NCBI GenBank assembly: GCA_964551505.1
Contig: CAZKDH010000048.1
Location: 1,947 to 65,946, forward strand
Direction of reading: 5' to 3'
Source of the DNA: an uncultured Rhodospirillaceae bacterium
Lineage (GTDB): Bacteria; Pseudomonadota; Alphaproteobacteria; Dongiales; Dongiaceae
Length of the DNA stretch: 64,000 bases
Shown here: piece after piece, positions 62,917 to 64,000 of the stretch
How the letters are laid out: every line of letters starts with the position of its first letter
Numbering within the stretch: the stretch's first letter is position 1
Made by a program: the position numbers and the translations under genes
Notes under the pieces: model-generated
The model's input: the letters and a program-made list of their open reading frames with translations, nothing else
Database searches by the model: none
What the model was told of the DNA's origin: nothing

Positions 62917-64000
62917 AGACCAATCGCAGCATCGCCGACCTGGCACGGATCTGGGCGCGCTATCCGGTGCTCTGGGCGGTGCGCATCTCCGGCGACGGCA
63001 GATGGGTGGCCTGGAGCTGGACCGGGCTCGACGATACCGGGAACGTCTGGCTGGCGCCGACCGACGGCTCGCAGCCGCCGCGGCGGCTGACCGCGGGCCA
63101 GGATCACTTCTACGTCAATGCCATCTCCGCCGACGGCGGCAGCCTGATCCTGGCGCAGTCGATCGGCTCCAACGAGCACGACCGGCTGTTCCGCCTGGAT
63201 GTCGCCGCCGGTACCGCGCCGGCGCCGCTGACGCCGCTGCAGGACGACCACTACGTGTTCGGCGGCGATTTCGCCGGCGACGGCGGCAGCATCGTCTTCG
63301 CGGCGGATGTCGACTATGCGACCGGCGCGCCGACCTCGGGCAGCTGGATCTATCGCCAGGACCTGGCGACCGGCGCGCGCAAGGTCCTCGCCAAGGCCGA
63401 CAGCGTCGCCGGCTTCGCGCCGGAGGTCTCGCCGGACGGGCAGGTGGTGATCTATTCGCGCAGCGACCTGCATCCGGCCGGCGCCCAGATCTGGGCGGTG
63501 GGGATCGACGGCGAGAACGACCGAGAGATCCTGAATTTCGGCGCCCGCTACAAGGTGCAGGCGCATTGGACCGGCGCCGGGCGCGAACTGCTGGTGAAGG
63601 CGGAGACGCCGACCCATGAACGCGTCGGCGTCTACGACCTCGCCACCGGCGCGCTGCGCTGGCTGATCGACGACGCGGCGCGCAACATCGATTTCGTCGT
63701 GCCGGGCCGCGACGGGCGCCGGGCGATGGTGCTGGAATTCGTCGAGAGCCGGATCGCCGCCAAGCTGATCGATCTCGCCAGCGGCGCGGAACAACCCTTC
63801 GCCGCGGGCGAGCGCAGCCTGCTGCCGATCGGCGAGCTGCCGGGCGGCGACTGGATCGCCGAGGCCTACGGCTCGCGGGGCGCCCATGACCTGGTCCGGG
63901 TCGATCCGGCCAAGGGGGCGCTGCGCAACCTCACCGAGACCGGCCGGCTGATCGCCGCGGCGCCGGAGGATTTCGCCGCGGCGCGGGATTTCCGCTGGCG
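62913..64000 (+). CDS. Second S9-type peptidase paralogue (N-terminal propeller part; 3' end beyond the window)
   Basis: Not in the ORF track (no stop in the window). GTG at 62913 overlaps the upstream TGA (GTGA). My translation is VKTNRSIADLARIWARYPVLWAVRISGDGRWVAWSWTGLDDTGNVWLAPTDGSQPPRRLT...SPDGQVVIYSRS...EDFAAARDFRW. It parallels the upstream protein (..GAWVAWIWAGLGETTQLWVAPADGGAAPRCL.., ..EDFRWRS..). Confidence 0.7.
   Translation, partial: MKTNRSIADLARIWARYPVLWAVRISGDGRWVAWSWTGLDDTGNVWLAPTDGSQPPRRLTAGQDHFYVNAISADGGSLILAQSIGSNEHDRLFRLDVAAGTAPAPLTPLQDDHYVFGGDFAGDGGSIVFAADVDYATGAPTSGSWIYRQDLATGARKVLAKADSVAGFAPEVSPDGQVVIYSRSDLHPAGAQIWAVGIDGENDREILNFGARYKVQAHWTGAGRELLVKAETPTHERVGVYDLATGALRWLIDDAARNIDFVVPGRDGRRAMVLEFVESRIAAKLIDLASGAEQPFAAGERSLLPIGELPGGDWIAEAYGSRGAHDLVRVDPAKGALRNLTETGRLIAAAPEDFAAARDFRW

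Overview
GC-rich chromosomal segment with strong GC3 bias. It reads like an alphaproteobacterium: AapJQMP general amino-acid permease, small PAS_5-type proteins, an NDUFS4-like complex I accessory homologue and a giant RTX protein. I can support 58 protein-coding genes (two run off the window ends and are absent from the ORF track), 2 tRNAs (Pro-UGG, Arg-UCU), one TPP riboswitch, a few hairpin terminators and several short repeats or palindromes. Content is mostly transport and catabolism: a LysR-controlled operon of two fusion enzymes plus LivGFHM-like ABC genes; kynB-kynU; metC-hisI; aapJQMP; thiBPQ; an Opp/Dpp-type peptide importer followed by two S9 peptidases. I see no transposase, integrase, phage gene, CRISPR array or recognisable defence gene. 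Most other long ORFs in the track are frame or antisense artefacts of high GC, overlapping clearly recognisable genes. The best candidates for undescribed biology are four. (1) A six-gene translationally coupled operon: AlaX-type editing domain, 3-mercaptopyruvate sulfurtransferase, double GNAT, and an HcnABC/OoxAB/LhpBEF-like three-subunit flavoenzyme. (2) A TetR-led cluster of Rieske oxygenase, two acyl-CoA dehydrogenases, an MFS transporter and a trimethylamine-dehydrogenase-family enzyme, with no redox partner genes in the window. (3) A PopA-like REC plus degenerate-GGDEF protein (I-site kept, active site lost) divergent from a four-PAS histidine kinase and next to an unclassifiable protein. 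(4) A 12-bp tandem repeat array between two PAS paralogues. All functional calls come from reading motifs by eye; no database search was run.
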